Shown: positions 39,022-49,380, counted from the stretch's first letter. The stretch is 64,000 bases of DNA from Eubacteriales bacterium (GCA_045602385.1 JAZSBL010000010.1:18802-82801), one strand, 5' to 3'. The notes: a model not told the origin generated them from the sequence alone. Numbers and translations are program-made.

Positions 39022-39963
39022 TTATTTTCCTCCCTTCTTACCCTTTCTTGCCTTTTTGATTGCTTCGCTGCCCACGGAAAAGATAGTATCGTCCGCGTTC
39101 TTGCCCGTCATAAGCTTGTAGAGATCGTCGCGCAGGTCGTTGGACTTGTGCTTTCCGCCCTTGCCGATGTCATTATAATCTCTGTTTAACAGTCTGTTAT
39201 TCGCAATGGAAATATTTCCGGTCTCCTCGGATACAACTACCACCACCGCGTCACTTACCTCACTTATTCTGAGCGCCGCGCGGTGACGTGTTCCGAGTCC
39301 CTCTATCGCATCGCTATCCTCCGCGATCGTCTTTGATTTGCAGGATGCGGCAACTATACGGCAATTTCTGATTATTACCGCGCCGTCGTGCAAAGGCGAG
39401 CGGTTTACGAATATATTGCAAAGAAGCTGGCGTGAAACGACCGCGTCTATTTTCGTGCCCTCCGTCATCTGATTGCGGAGCCTGCCCGCTCTTTCAAGAA
39501 CGATCAGAGCGCCCTCTCTCTTACTGGAAAGCTCAAATGCCGCCGCGCTTATCTCCTCTATCGCCATAAGCACATCGTTATCGTCCTCTGTCTGTCTGTT
39601 TGCAAAGCGCTTGATATTTGAGGATGCGGTAGTACCGAATTCCTCAAGCATATCACGAAGCTCGGGCTGGAAGATTACACAGATCGCCACGATACCGGCG
39701 GTATACAGGCTTTTGAGGATAGTATTCATCGCAACCATGTCAAGGACCTCACTGAGCAGGTAGACGAATACAAGCGCGCCTATTCCCATAAGTATCCTTG
39801 CAGCATGTCTGCTCCTTACGAACTTGTAAAGAATATAGAGCGCATACCACAAAATGACTATATCCAATATATTGACTATGTTGATGTTTACTATTGGGAA
39901 AACGATATAATCGTTAAAGAACTCTACCATTGTTCCCCAAAATGCTGATATTTGCTCAAACAT
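39022..39963 (-). CDS. cdaA: diadenylate cyclase CdaA
   Basis: 3 N-terminal TM helices plus a DAC domain (DGAVII, GTRHRAAL, VVVVSEETGNISIA). Confidence 0.88.
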   Translation of the reverse strand: MFEQISAFWGTMVEFFNDYIVFPIVNINIVNILDIVILWYALYILYKFVRSRHAARILMGIGALVFVYLLSEVLDMVAMNTILKSLYTAGIVAICVIFQPELRDMLEEFGTTASSNIKRFANRQTEDDNDVLMAIEEISAAAFELSSKREGALIVLERAGRLRNQMTEGTKIDAVVSRQLLCNIFVNRSPLHDGAVIIRNCRIVAASCKSKTIAEDSDAIEGLGTRHRAALRISEVSDAVVVVVSEETGNISIANNRLLNRDYNDIGKGGKHKSNDLRDDLYKLMTGKNADDTIFSVGSEAIKKARKGKKGGK

Positions 39964-40047
39964 CTTATCTCTCCTTTGTGTTCCTCGGTTTGCCTGTAAA
40001 AAATCGCATAAACCGCTATTATATTATAATTTAGACTATACAAATAT

Positions 40048-40077
40048 ATTATAACAAATATACCCCGTTTAAGTCAA
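40048..40077 (-). promoter_or_regulatory. sigma-A type promoter for cdaA
   Basis: On the minus strand, TTGACT, 18-nt spacer, TATAAT. Confidence 0.45.
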
Positions 40078-40201
40078 GGCTTTTTGCCAATTTTTCAAGC
40101 ATTTTTTCTGCTTTTTCCCCTTATCGGAGGATTAGCGGCAAAGATCATGCAATATTCACTGAAAATTTACATTTATAAAGCCGGAATACTCCCCGAAACG
40201 C

Positions 40202-40232
40202 AAAAAAATCCCGACGGAATTCTCCGCCGGGA
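40202..40232 (-). terminator. intrinsic terminator after membrane protein gene 40244-41017
   Basis: On the minus strand, ATCCCGGCGGA-gaat-TCCGTCGGGAT followed by TTTTTTTG. Confidence 0.8.
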
Positions 40233-40243
40233 TCGGTGTATTC

Positions 40244-41017
40244 TTATTTTTCAGATTTGTCCTTAAGCATTACCGTAAGGGCTATGCGCACGGCAAAAAA
40301 TACCACCGCTCCGAATATTGCCTTCGAGATATAATTCAGGATCATATCTCTCCAGGTAGTTGCCTGCGACGGCAATCCGTCCGCTATGATAAACCAAATA
40401 TCGTTTGCTACCTGTCCAAAGGTCTTTGCCGCAAATGTCACCACGGCGCATACGCCGACCGACCTTAAAAGGCAGTTGTTCTTATCGTAGATACGCTTGA
40501 AGGGATAAGCAGCCTCTACCGGCACAGACTCGCCCGTGCTTTCAAAAACCCTTTGCGCAATAAGCCTTTTATCGTTATGTGAATTTATTGCCCTTCTGCT
40601 GATAAGGAAGATGATAAGAAGGAGAACAAGCTCCAGCGCGGTGTAATACAGAACGTTCACAACGTCCCAGACCCAAAGCTTCGGAACACTTTTCGCCTCT
40701 ATCCATAATACAAGCACGTTTGCCAAATTTCTGTACGCGGAAAGCGCTCCGAAAATCACAAACACGCGGCTTTCTTTTTCCCCCTCGTAAATTGAAACGA
40801 TCATCAAAGCGTAGATTACCGATACCGCAACGACCTCGAAAATCTCTATCATATATTCCGTCAGCAAGAGCGGCCAGGTATTGGCATACAAAACGTCGCT
40901 GGACAAAAGCCTTATTAAGGGCCAGATTATAAAAGCGTTAATTGAAAAAACCGCCGCCGCAATTATGACGGATATGACATTCCGCTTCATCACACGCGAC
41001 TCATTTATCTTTTCCAT
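40244..41017 (-). CDS. hypothetical polytopic membrane protein
   Basis: 257 aa with about 6 hydrophobic helices. No motif recognised. Confidence 0.5.
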   Translation of the reverse strand: MEKINESRVMKRNVISVIIAAAVFSINAFIIWPLIRLLSSDVLYANTWPLLLTEYMIEIFEVVAVSVIYALMIVSIYEGEKESRVFVIFGALSAYRNLANVLVLWIEAKSVPKLWVWDVVNVLYYTALELVLLLIIFLISRRAINSHNDKRLIAQRVFESTGESVPVEAAYPFKRIYDKNNCLLRSVGVCAVVTFAAKTFGQVANDIWFIIADGLPSQATTWRDMILNYISKAIFGAVVFFAVRIALTVMLKDKSEK

Positions 41018-41111
41018 ATTAGTCCTCTCAAATCAAAAAAGTGAGGGGCGCAAACACAAAATGCTCACACCCCTTACGTCTCGGCACAATCTGCCGACAC
41101 ACTTTTATCTA

Positions 41112-41519
41112 TCAGATGTACTTCTTTACGATATCGCTTGCTTCCTCTGTGGGAATGGAGGATGTCATAACAACGTTAACGTTGAGCTTGCCCGCAAGCT
41201 CATCAACTTCCTTGAGGAATACCTCAAAGCTATTCATGTCGTTGTTTGCGATCTTAAGAGCAGAATCTATAAAGAGATCGGTAACGTCATGGTTGCTTGC
41301 AAGAATACCTGCAACAAATCCGTAAAGCGCCTCTGCATCAAAAATGAGGTAATCGTTTGTGTTGATAAGACGGGCAGTGTACTTAACGTCAAAGCGGAGT
41401 CCTACTCCCTTTTCCATACATACAACTGTTCCCTCAGACTTCTCAACAGCCTCGTTTACCATCGAAATGAGTGTTTTGGTCTTTCCGGTTCCCTTAACGC
41501 CGATAATCAATTTGAGCAT
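41112..41519 (-). CDS. small P-loop NTPase-like protein (function unknown)
   Basis: 135 aa; Walker A GVKGTGKT at residues 7-14. A hydrophobic strand ending in Asp (DLFIDS) is a candidate Walker B. Confidence 0.55.
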   Translation of the reverse strand: MLKLIIGVKGTGKTKTLISMVNEAVEKSEGTVVCMEKGVGLRFDVKYTARLINTNDYLIFDAEALYGFVAGILASNHDVTDLFIDSALKIANNDMNSFEVFLKEVDELAGKLNVNVVMTSSIPTEEASDIVKKYI

Positions 41520-41593
41520 AATGTCCTCCTGCGCCGTGCGTCACGGCTTTGTATATTTTTCTATTTCCTACGAAATATGCTTTTCGTAAAATC

Positions 41594-41622
41594 ATTATAG
41601 CATAGTTTACAATGATTTGCAA
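41594..41622 (-). promoter_or_regulatory. sigma-A type promoter for the P-loop gene
   Basis: On the minus strand, TTGCAA, 17-nt spacer, TATAAT. Confidence 0.55.
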
Positions 41623-41646
41623 GTACAATATTGAAATTTATGCAAA

Positions 41647-42984
41647 TTATTTCAATTTTTCCTCAAGGGTGGCGCGAAGCTCCTCATATCCGGGCTTGCC
41701 AAGAAGCGCAAACATATTTTTCTTGTATGCCTCAACACCGGGCTGATTGAAGGGATTTACACCAAGCATGTAGCCCGAAAGCGCGCAAGCAAGCTCAAAG
41801 AAGTAGAAGAGGTAGCCAAGCGAGTAAGCGCTTCTGTCCTTGACCTCAAGGAGAATATTGGGTACTCCGCCGTCTACGTGTGCAAGCAGTGTTCCCTGCA
41901 TTGCGGTCTTTTTAACAACGTTGAGGTCTACGCCGGAGAGGAAGTTAAGTCCGTCAATGTTCGCGGGATCGTTGGGGATCTTGAACTCAACGCCGCTGTC
42001 CTCGACCGCGATAACCGTCTCAAAGAGATTTCTCTGTCCGTCCTGAATAAACTGACCGAGTGAGTGAAGGTCTGTTGAAAAAATTACGGACGCGGGGAAA
42101 ATACCTCTCTGGTCCTTGCCCTCGCTCTCGCCGTAAAGCTGCTTCCACCACTCGTTGAGCATCTGCGAATAAGACTCGTAGCCTACGAGGATCTCGGTGG
42201 TCTTGCCCTTACGGTAAAGAATGTTTCTGATAGCCGCGTACTTATACGCGTCGTTCTTGTCTATATCCTCGTCACGGTAAGCAAGACGTGCGTCGTTCGC
42301 ACCCTGCATAAGTGCATCGATATCGATTCCCGCAACAGCGATGGGAAGAAGTCCTACCGCGGTGAGAACCGAGAAGCGTCCTCCTACGTCGTCCGGAACA
42401 ACAAAGGTCTCGTAGCCTGCCTCATCAGAGAAGCTCTTGAGCGTTCCGCGCGCCTTATCCGTGGTTACGAATATTCTCTCTCTTGCTCCATCCTTACCGT
42501 ACTTCTCCTCAAGGAGAGCGCGGAATACGCGGAATGCTACCGCGGGCTCTGTGGTAGTGCCCGACTTGGAAATAACGTTAATGCAAACGTCACGTCCCTC
42601 GCATACCTCAAGGATCTCTGCAAGTGAAACTGCGCTGATATCACAGCCTGCAAAGTATATATCGGGGGTGTCCTTTTTAAGATTGTTATATCTGGGAGAT
42701 TTCAAAAACTCGATAGCCGCGCGCGCGCCGAGATAGGAGCCGCCGATACCGATAACAACGAGAACGTCACAGCTCTTCTTGATCTTTTCAGCCGCGACCT
42801 TGATCCTTGCGAATTCTTCCTTGTCGTAATTTTCGGGAAGATCTATCCAGCCGAGAAAGTCATTGCCCGCGCCGTTTCTCTCCACGATCTGACGGTGCGC
42901 CGCGCTTACTGCGGTGCGGATATTTTCGTACTCATGCTCGGAAACAAATCCCGACAAATACTTATCACTGAGTTTGATTGCCAT
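41647..42984 (-). CDS. pgi: glucose-6-phosphate isomerase
   Basis: 445 aa; short Firmicute-type PGI ([25 protein letters not shown]). Confidence 0.92.
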   Translation of the reverse strand: MAIKLSDKYLSGFVSEHEYENIRTAVSAAHRQIVERNGAGNDFLGWIDLPENYDKEEFARIKVAAEKIKKSCDVLVVIGIGGSYLGARAAIEFLKSPRYNNLKKDTPDIYFAGCDISAVSLAEILEVCEGRDVCINVISKSGTTTEPAVAFRVFRALLEEKYGKDGARERIFVTTDKARGTLKSFSDEAGYETFVVPDDVGGRFSVLTAVGLLPIAVAGIDIDALMQGANDARLAYRDEDIDKNDAYKYAAIRNILYRKGKTTEILVGYESYSQMLNEWWKQLYGESEGKDQRGIFPASVIFSTDLHSLGQFIQDGQRNLFETVIAVEDSGVEFKIPNDPANIDGLNFLSGVDLNVVKKTAMQGTLLAHVDGGVPNILLEVKDRSAYSLGYLFYFFELACALSGYMLGVNPFNQPGVEAYKKNMFALLGKPGYEELRATLEEKLK

Positions 42985-43078
42985 TTACGTGTCCTCCAAA
43001 ATTAATTTCTTTGATTTTACAGTAACATTTTATCACATTTTTCCTTACAATGCAAGAGCTTTTTGACCCGTTTTCATA

Positions 43079-44281
43079 TCATTTTATAAAAAATTTCGCC
43101 AGGATTCTGCACCACAGCTCAAAAAAGCCTATCTTGGGGATATCCTCCTTTGCGAAAACCCCCGCTCTGCCAATCTCCTGCCCGTCAATAGTGAATATTA
43201 TCTCGCCGACACGGTCGCCCTGCTTTATCGGCGCGGCAACCGATTCCGGCAGCTCGATTCGGTATTCGGTCTGCGCCGTCTTTCCCTTTTCAACTACCGC
43301 GGAAAAGCCCTCCGGCTCTACCTTGACGCTCTCGCGGACACCTCCGGTTACCTTTACGTCATTGATGCTATGCGGAACATACTCGTATACTCCGTAATTC
43401 GCAAAGCCGTAGTCAAGCAGTCTTGCGGCGATAGCGTTTCTCTTATCTCCGCTCTCCGCGCCCATTATAACGCAGATAAGCGACACTCCGTCGCGCTCCG
43501 CCGTCGCGCTGATACAAAAGCCCGCCTTGTCGGTCGAGCCGGTTTTGAGCCCCGTACAGCCCCTGTAAAATCTGACAAGGCGGTTGGTGTTGGTAAGCCC
43601 GAACATTCCGTTTCTGACGGTATCCATCCAGATCGAGGAATATTCAAGTATTTTTTTGTGCTTTATAAGCTCGCACGACATTATCGCGATATCTCTTGCG
43701 CTTGTCAGATGGTTTTTGGCGGTATCGTCAAGTCCGTTTGTATTTTCAAAGCTCGTGTTCTTCATTCCAAGCTCTGCAGCTCTCTCGTTCATCTTCTTGA
43801 CAAACGCGCTCTCACTGCCCGAAATATGCTCCGCAAGCGCACACGCCGCATCGTTTGCCGATGCGATAACCACACTCTTGACCATATCTTCAACACTCAT
43901 CTCTTCCCCCTCTTTAAGGTATATCTGAGAGCCGCCCATGCCCGCCGCGTGCGCGCTTGTTCGGACGGTATCGTCAAGACTGATTTTGCCCGACTCTATC
44001 GCCTCCATTACAAGTAAAAGCGTCATCACCTTGGTAACCGATGCGGGTGGAAGCGCCTCGTCCGCGTTCTGCTCGTAAAGCACTCTACCCGTGCCCGCCT
44101 CCATGAGTATCGCGCTCTTACATTCAAGCGCAAGATCGTTCTTGGGGGCCTTTTCCGAGTTACTTTCGGATATCTCTGCCACGCTGCTTTCCGCAAACAC
44201 CGAGAAGGACAAGGACGAGATAACTATAAGCGGCAGAAGTAAGATTGCCGCAATTTTGACAAGATTTTTCCTAATAAACAT
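43079..44281 (-). CDS. serine-type D-Ala-D-Ala carboxypeptidase (peptidase S11, DacB/DacF-like)
   Basis: Signal peptide, SVTK (SxxK), SANDAA (SxN) and KTGST (KTG) motifs. Start trimmed to ATG 44281. Confidence 0.85.
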   Translation of the reverse strand: MFIRKNLVKIAAILLLPLIVISSLSFSVFAESSVAEISESNSEKAPKNDLALECKSAILMEAGTGRVLYEQNADEALPPASVTKVMTLLLVMEAIESGKISLDDTVRTSAHAAGMGGSQIYLKEGEEMSVEDMVKSVVIASANDAACALAEHISGSESAFVKKMNERAAELGMKNTSFENTNGLDDTAKNHLTSARDIAIMSCELIKHKKILEYSSIWMDTVRNGMFGLTNTNRLVRFYRGCTGLKTGSTDKAGFCISATAERDGVSLICVIMGAESGDKRNAIAARLLDYGFANYGVYEYVPHSINDVKVTGGVRESVKVEPEGFSAVVEKGKTAQTEYRIELPESVAAPIKQGDRVGEIIFTIDGQEIGRAGVFAKEDIPKIGFFELWCRILAKFFIK

Positions 44282-44352
44282 AAAAACATCACCTCTCACT
44301 TGATTATATTTCGGTGAGAAGTGATGTTATGTATATACTGTTTGTCCTAATT

Positions 44353-44898
44353 TTATTTCTTGCTCTTTCTCTGCTCGCGCAAGGTGCGCTTTATATGCTT
44401 GAAGGTCTCTGCCTCGCCGCGCTCGGCAAGCATTTTGAGCCATTCCTCAAGCGTATCCGCAGTATATTCGTGCATCTTTGCGCGCGCGTTTCCACGCGAG
44501 TAGTATTCAAGCGCGCAGGAGTCGGTGTACTCCTCACCCTTGTATATCTTGCTTGCCGCAACTCTGTCGCAGAACATCTCCGCTATATAGTTGAGCGGCA
44601 TTGGAACAGGCTCGTATTGCTTGGTCCGCACATTGAGGTCTACCCAATACTCAAAGTGGTGCTTGTTTCTGCCCTTGTGGTGCATCCAGGCGTATGAGTA
44701 GCCGTACACCTCGCGCTCACGCTCGTTGGGACTGCGCGTTCCCTGATAATATTTCGCGCCGGGGATAAACTCGGTAGGTCCGTACTTTGACATGTCGTGA
44801 AATAAGCCCTGAAAGCCTATCCCTGCCTTGAAGCAGTGCGAGATGACCTTGTTTCTATGTCTTGATATCGTTATAAAATGCTTTATCGGGTGAGCCAT
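44353..44898 (-). CDS. conserved hypothetical protein (possibly DUF5662-like)
   Basis: 181 aa, His-rich (HDMSKY, WMHHKGRNKHHFEYW). Family assignment is from memory only. Confidence 0.4.
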   Translation of the reverse strand: MAHPIKHFITISRHRNKVISHCFKAGIGFQGLFHDMSKYGPTEFIPGAKYYQGTRSPNEREREVYGYSYAWMHHKGRNKHHFEYWVDLNVRTKQYEPVPMPLNYIAEMFCDRVAASKIYKGEEYTDSCALEYYSRGNARAKMHEYTADTLEEWLKMLAERGEAETFKHIKRTLREQRKSKK

Positions 44899-44913
44899 AG
44901 CGTTCTCCGTTCA

Positions 44914-45708
44914 TTATCTTATAGATCTGAATTCTACTCTGTCAAGAAGCGTAAGTCCGGGGGTGTTTTTAATCATCTTTTCGGCGTAATAGAGCGCTCT
45001 CTCGGGCTTCATCCCGCGCGTTTCGTGAGCGTCGCTGCCGAGAATCACCTTTGAGCTGATATCCCCCGCCATAGTCCAGAAGCTCTGGTTGGGGTAATGG
45101 CGGCAGGCGTTAAGTCCGAGCAGGTTCATCTCAAGGGGAATATCGCACTCCTTGGCGCATTCGATTATACGCTTCATTTCTCTCTCGTAGGCTTCAAACG
45201 AGCCGTGAAAATTGCAGAGATCGGGATGCGCGAGATAGGTGAATTTGCCTGTTTTCAGCCCCTCGCAGACAAGATCCGCGTAGAGTTTCAGAGTTTTTTC
45301 GGAGCGTGTTTCCTCGCCGAAATAGAGCTTACCTCGGGGCGACTCAAAGTGCTGGCCGAGTATGATATAGTCGGTGGGAAATTGACCGAGAAAGTCTATC
45401 GCCTCGTCAAAGACCTCGGAAAAATACTCGACCTCAAAGCCTATGTGAAGCTTGATGTAGCTTTTATATTCCTCTCTTAGAGCGAGAAGCTTAGAGATAT
45501 AATCCTCGGTCTCCTCCATCCTCATTCGGATATTGACCGAGCGGGTGCATTCGGATTCGTCAACGCCGTGGGGGAGCGGCATGGGTGAGTGGTCGGCAAA
45601 GCCAAGCTCACGGTATCCCGCCTCTATTGCTGCCTCGACGTACGCTCTCTCGTTCTCCATAGACGCGTGACCGCACCGATATGTGTGTGTATGGTAATTT
45701 GCTGTCAT
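44914..45708 (-). CDS. PHP-domain histidinol-phosphatase family protein (HisJ-like)
   Basis: 264 aa; the N-terminal YHTHTYRCGHA metal motif. Confidence 0.8.
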   Translation of the reverse strand: MTANYHTHTYRCGHASMENERAYVEAAIEAGYRELGFADHSPMPLPHGVDESECTRSVNIRMRMEETEDYISKLLALREEYKSYIKLHIGFEVEYFSEVFDEAIDFLGQFPTDYIILGQHFESPRGKLYFGEETRSEKTLKLYADLVCEGLKTGKFTYLAHPDLCNFHGSFEAYEREMKRIIECAKECDIPLEMNLLGLNACRHYPNQSFWTMAGDISSKVILGSDAHETRGMKPERALYYAEKMIKNTPGLTLLDRVEFRSIR

Positions 45709-45723
45709 TCTTTATCCTTTTCT

Positions 45724-48561
45724 TTATTTGGCAAGCCACTTTTTGAGATACTGTCCGGTGTAAGAGCCTGCCACCTCGGCAACCTCCTCAGGCGTTCCCT
45801 CGGCAACGATTCTTCCGCCGCCGTCACCGCCCTCCGGACCGAGATCGATAATATGGTCGGCGCACTTGATAACGTCAAGATTATGCTCGATCACAAGCAC
45901 GGAATTTCCTCCGTCGCATACCATCTGCAAGACCTCAAGGAGCTTTGCAACGTCGGCGGTATGAAGTCCCGTCGTGGGCTCATCGAGAATATATATCGTC
46001 TTGCCTGTGCTTCTCTTTGAAAGCTCGGTTGCAAGCTTGACTCTCTGCGCCTCGCCGCCCGAAAGCGTTGTCGAGGACTGACCTATCTTGATATATCCAA
46101 GTCCTACGTCATAGAGTGTCTTAAGCTTTCTGGTTATCCTCGGCAGACCGTCAAAGAAAGCGAGTCCCTCCTCTACCGTCATGTCAAGTACGTCAAATAT
46201 ATTCTTGCCCTTGTATTTCACCTCAAGAGTCTCTGCGTTATATCTTCTTCCCTTACATACGTCGCAGGTGACGTAAACGTCGGGTAAGAAATGCATCTCT
46301 ATGCATTTAACTCCGTCACCCTCGCACGCCTCGCATCTTCCGCCCTTGGTGTTAAAGGAGAATCTGCCCGGCAGATATCCTCTTGCCTTGGCGTCCTTTG
46401 TCTGCGCGAAAAGGTCGCGGATATCGGTGAAAAGCCCCGTATAGGTCGCGGGGTTGGAGCGCGGTGTGCGTCCGATCGGGCTCTGGTCGATGCAGATGAC
46501 CTTATCAAGCGCCTCAAGTCCTTCAATTTCCTCACATTTACCGGGATATGCTATCGCGCGGTTAAGATCGTGCGCGAGCTTGGGATAGAGTATTCCGTTC
46601 ACAAGCGAGGATTTTCCACTGCCCGAAACACCCGTAACGCATACGAATTTACCAAGCGGTATTTTAACGTCTATTCCTTTGAGATTATGCTCTGCCGCGC
46701 CCTTTACGGTGATAAAGCTGCCGTTGCCCTCTCTGCGAGTGGCGGGTACAGATATTCTTCTTCTGCCCGAAAGATACGCGCCTGTAAGCGAGTCCTCGTT
46801 TTGCTTTATCTCGTCGGGTGTTCCCGCCGCAACGACCTCACCGCCGTGGATTCCCGCGCCGGGTCCTATATCTATGATATAGTCGGACTCCTCCATCGTT
46901 TCCTCATCGTGCTCGACAACTATAACGGTGTTGCCGAGGTCGCGGAGCTTTTTAAGGGTTGCGATAAGCTTTGAATTATCGCGCTGGTGAAGTCCTATGC
47001 TCGGCTCGTCAAGGATGTAAAGCACTCCGACGAGTGACGAGCCTATCTGAGTCGCAAGTCTTATTCTCTGCGCCTCGCCGCCCGAAAGCGTGCCTGCCTT
47101 TCTTGCAAGCGTAAGGTAATCAAGTCCTACGCTGACAAGGAAACCAAGGCGCGCGCGGATCTCCTTGAGTATCTCGTGCGCGATCGCAAGCTCTGTTTCG
47201 TTAAGCTCAAGTGAGTTTGTAAAATCAAGCGCGTCCCTGACCGACATAGCGCAGAATTCATGTATATTCCTGCCGCCGACGGTGACCGCAAGCGACATGG
47301 GGTTAAGTCTTTGTCCGTGGCAGAATTCGCAGTCTGTTTCTTCGATAAACTGCTCGTAATAATCGGGGCTCATGCCAAAATTGAGCCTTTGCTCCATCAT
47401 TTTGATAATGCCCTCAAAGACCGATTTTTTATCGTGCGCCTCTCCGCCGAAATAGCGCGTGACTCGGTATGTTTCAGCTCCCGAGCCGTGCAAAAGCACG
47501 TCGTAGGCCTCGGCCGAAAAGTCCTTGATCGGCATATCGAGCGTAAAGCCGAATTTTTCACCGACGGCACGGAAAAGAGGGCCGTTCCAGCTCTCCTCCT
47601 CAAGCGTTTTGAATCCGTTTACGTTTATCGCGCCCTCGGACAACGAGAGCTTTTTGTCGGGTATTATTCTATCTATCGATATTTTTCTCGTCTGACCAAG
47701 TCCCGAGCAATGAGGGCACGCGCCCTGCGGGTTGTTAAAGGAGAACATTCGAGGCTCAAATTCGCCGACTGAGATACCGTGCTCCTCACAGGCGTAGGAC
47801 TGCGAGAATGACAGAACCTCGCCCTCGCTCTCCTCCTCGCCGCGCTTCACGGGAACGATAAGCAGATGTCCGTCCGCCAGGTTCAAGGCGGTCTCAATGC
47901 TGTCGGCAAGTCTTTGACGTATTCCCTCGCGCATAACAAGGCGGTCTACAACTATTTCAATAGAGTGCTTTTTATTTTTGTCAAGCTTTATCTCCTCGGA
48001 AAGATCATAGAGTATTCCGTCGACGCGCACACGGACAAAGCCGCTCTTCTTCGCGTCGGAAAGCACCTTTTCATGCATTCCCTTTTGCGCTATTACCACG
48101 GGGGCAACGACCAGAAATCTCTCTCCCTCGGGGAGCTTGAGAACACGGCCTATTATCGTGTCAACGCTCTGCCGTCTTATCTCCTTGCCACAAACGGGAC
48201 AGTGAGGTATACCTATCCTCGCATACAAAAGACGGAGATAATCATATATCTCGGTAACGGTTCCGACGGTCGAGCGCGGGTTCTTTGAGGTCGTTTTCTG
48301 GTCAATTGATATCGCGGGAGAAAGTCCGTCTATCGAATCGACGTCGGGCTTGTCAAGCTGACCTAAGAACATTCTCGCGTAGCTTGAAAGCGACTCGACA
48401 AACCGTCTATGCCCCTCGGCATACACGGTATCAAACGCGAGTGACGACTTTCCGCTGCCCGACAGTCCGGACAAGACCACAAGCTTGTCCCTGGGTATCG
48501 TGACGTCAATATTTTTCAGATTGTGGACGCGCGCGCCCTTTATCACTATGTTTTTTTCCAT
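45724..48561 (-). CDS. uvrA: excinuclease ABC subunit A
   Basis: 945 aa; two ABC ATPase modules ([20 protein letters not shown]) and zinc modules ([13 protein letters not shown]). Confidence 0.97.
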   Translation of the reverse strand: MEKNIVIKGARVHNLKNIDVTIPRDKLVVLSGLSGSGKSSLAFDTVYAEGHRRFVESLSSYARMFLGQLDKPDVDSIDGLSPAISIDQKTTSKNPRSTVGTVTEIYDYLRLLYARIGIPHCPVCGKEIRRQSVDTIIGRVLKLPEGERFLVVAPVVIAQKGMHEKVLSDAKKSGFVRVRVDGILYDLSEEIKLDKNKKHSIEIVVDRLVMREGIRQRLADSIETALNLADGHLLIVPVKRGEEESEGEVLSFSQSYACEEHGISVGEFEPRMFSFNNPQGACPHCSGLGQTRKISIDRIIPDKKLSLSEGAINVNGFKTLEEESWNGPLFRAVGEKFGFTLDMPIKDFSAEAYDVLLHGSGAETYRVTRYFGGEAHDKKSVFEGIIKMMEQRLNFGMSPDYYEQFIEETDCEFCHGQRLNPMSLAVTVGGRNIHEFCAMSVRDALDFTNSLELNETELAIAHEILKEIRARLGFLVSVGLDYLTLARKAGTLSGGEAQRIRLATQIGSSLVGVLYILDEPSIGLHQRDNSKLIATLKKLRDLGNTVIVVEHDEETMEESDYIIDIGPGAGIHGGEVVAAGTPDEIKQNEDSLTGAYLSGRRRISVPATRREGNGSFITVKGAAEHNLKGIDVKIPLGKFVCVTGVSGSGKSSLVNGILYPKLAHDLNRAIAYPGKCEEIEGLEALDKVICIDQSPIGRTPRSNPATYTGLFTDIRDLFAQTKDAKARGYLPGRFSFNTKGGRCEACEGDGVKCIEMHFLPDVYVTCDVCKGRRYNAETLEVKYKGKNIFDVLDMTVEEGLAFFDGLPRITRKLKTLYDVGLGYIKIGQSSTTLSGGEAQRVKLATELSKRSTGKTIYILDEPTTGLHTADVAKLLEVLQMVCDGGNSVLVIEHNLDVIKCADHIIDLGPEGGDGGGRIVAEGTPEEVAEVAGSYTGQYLKKWLAK

Positions 48562-48673
48562 TCTTTTTTCTCTGTAAGCCTTTTGAAAAAAGCTTTCCCG
48601 AACCCTTCAAAATATTTCTATAAAAACATCCTATTTATTAAGTCTTTATTTAAGCAAAACAAGCATCAAATCT

Positions 48674-48738
48674 CGCCTTGCGTAAGCCTTCCCCAAGGCA
48701 GGGGAAGGGGGACCGCGTTCCGCGGTGGATGAGGATGC
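48674..48738. repeat. inverted-repeat arm (3' side) of DUF559 element 2
   Basis: Contains CCTTCCCC-aaggca-GGGGAAGG and CCGCG-ttc-CGCGG hairpins. Confidence 0.9.
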
Positions 48739-48766
48739 ACGGTTCAGTGCATTTCATCCCATAAAA

Positions 48767-49141
48767 TTATCTATCAAATTGCAGGTCAGAAAAATCCAAT
48801 CCAATATGGTTGAGAATATCCGATGTTACACCCTCAAATCTTTTTTTAATGTCAAAATTTGTATATCTTAACACCGTAATACCATAATTAGACAGAACAT
48901 TATCTCTTTCTCTATCATATTCCCTTGCTTCGGGCTCAAAATGCTGTGATCCGTCAAGCTCTATCGCTATTTTATGACTTGGGATAAAAAAATCCAAAAT
49001 ATAGTTTTCAATGCAATATTGTCGCTTAACTGTGATGGGAAGCTTAACGAGAAAATCATACCATAAATGCTTTTCTTCCTTTGTCATTCCCTTGCGCAAC
49101 GCCTTTGCATTTGCAGTAAGTCTTATATTGTGTGGGTACAT
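48767..49141 (-). CDS. DUF559 / Vsr-like (PD-(D/E)XK) endonuclease domain protein
   Basis: 124 aa; ...ALRKGMTKEEKHLWYDFL...ILDFFIPSHKIAIELDGSQH... is a paralog of 22944-23312. Confidence 0.8.
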   Translation of the reverse strand: MYPHNIRLTANAKALRKGMTKEEKHLWYDFLVKLPITVKRQYCIENYILDFFIPSHKIAIELDGSQHFEPEAREYDRERDNVLSNYGITVLRYTNFDIKKRFEGVTSDILNHIGLDFSDLQFDR

Positions 49142-49174
49142 TACATTCTCCTATATTTTGTTTTCTGTAATGGG

Positions 49175-49239
49175 GCATCCTCATCCACCGCGAAACGCGG
49201 TCCCCCTTCCCCTGCCTTGGGGAAGGCTTACGCAAAGCG
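49175..49239. repeat. inverted-repeat arm (5' side) of DUF559 element 2
   Basis: Reverse complement of 48674-48738 at 63/65 positions. Confidence 0.9.
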
Positions 49240-49380
49240 TGCCGTGAGGAAAATATATCAAGTTCTATTTAACACAAGCAATCCGTGTGTCGTATTAGCA
49301 TTTGCAAAAAGCCTTGGGGAAGGCTTACGCAAAGCGTGCCGTGAGGAAAATATATCAAGCTTTAGCCAACACAAGCAATC
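49214..49380. repeat. direct duplication, period 97 bp, including the outer 26 bp of the element-2 arm
   Basis: 49214-49262 and 49311-49359 are identical (49/49). The next 21 nt match at about 16/21. Confidence 0.85.

Larger units (their letters stand above)
48674..49239 (-). mobile_element. DUF559 mini-element 2: Vsr-like endonuclease ORF bracketed by 65-bp inverted repeats
   Basis: Arms at 48674-48738 and 49175-49239 are reverse complements at 63/65 positions. The arms are GC-rich, while the ORF core is very AT-rich (~23% GC on one 60-nt line). Confidence 0.5.

Noticed and set aside
40084-40266. 60-aa plus-strand ORF in the cdaA upstream gap.
   Set aside because: It has no SD and an odd composition, and it overlaps the terminator of the membrane-protein gene and the cdaA promoter region. 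It is probably non-coding.
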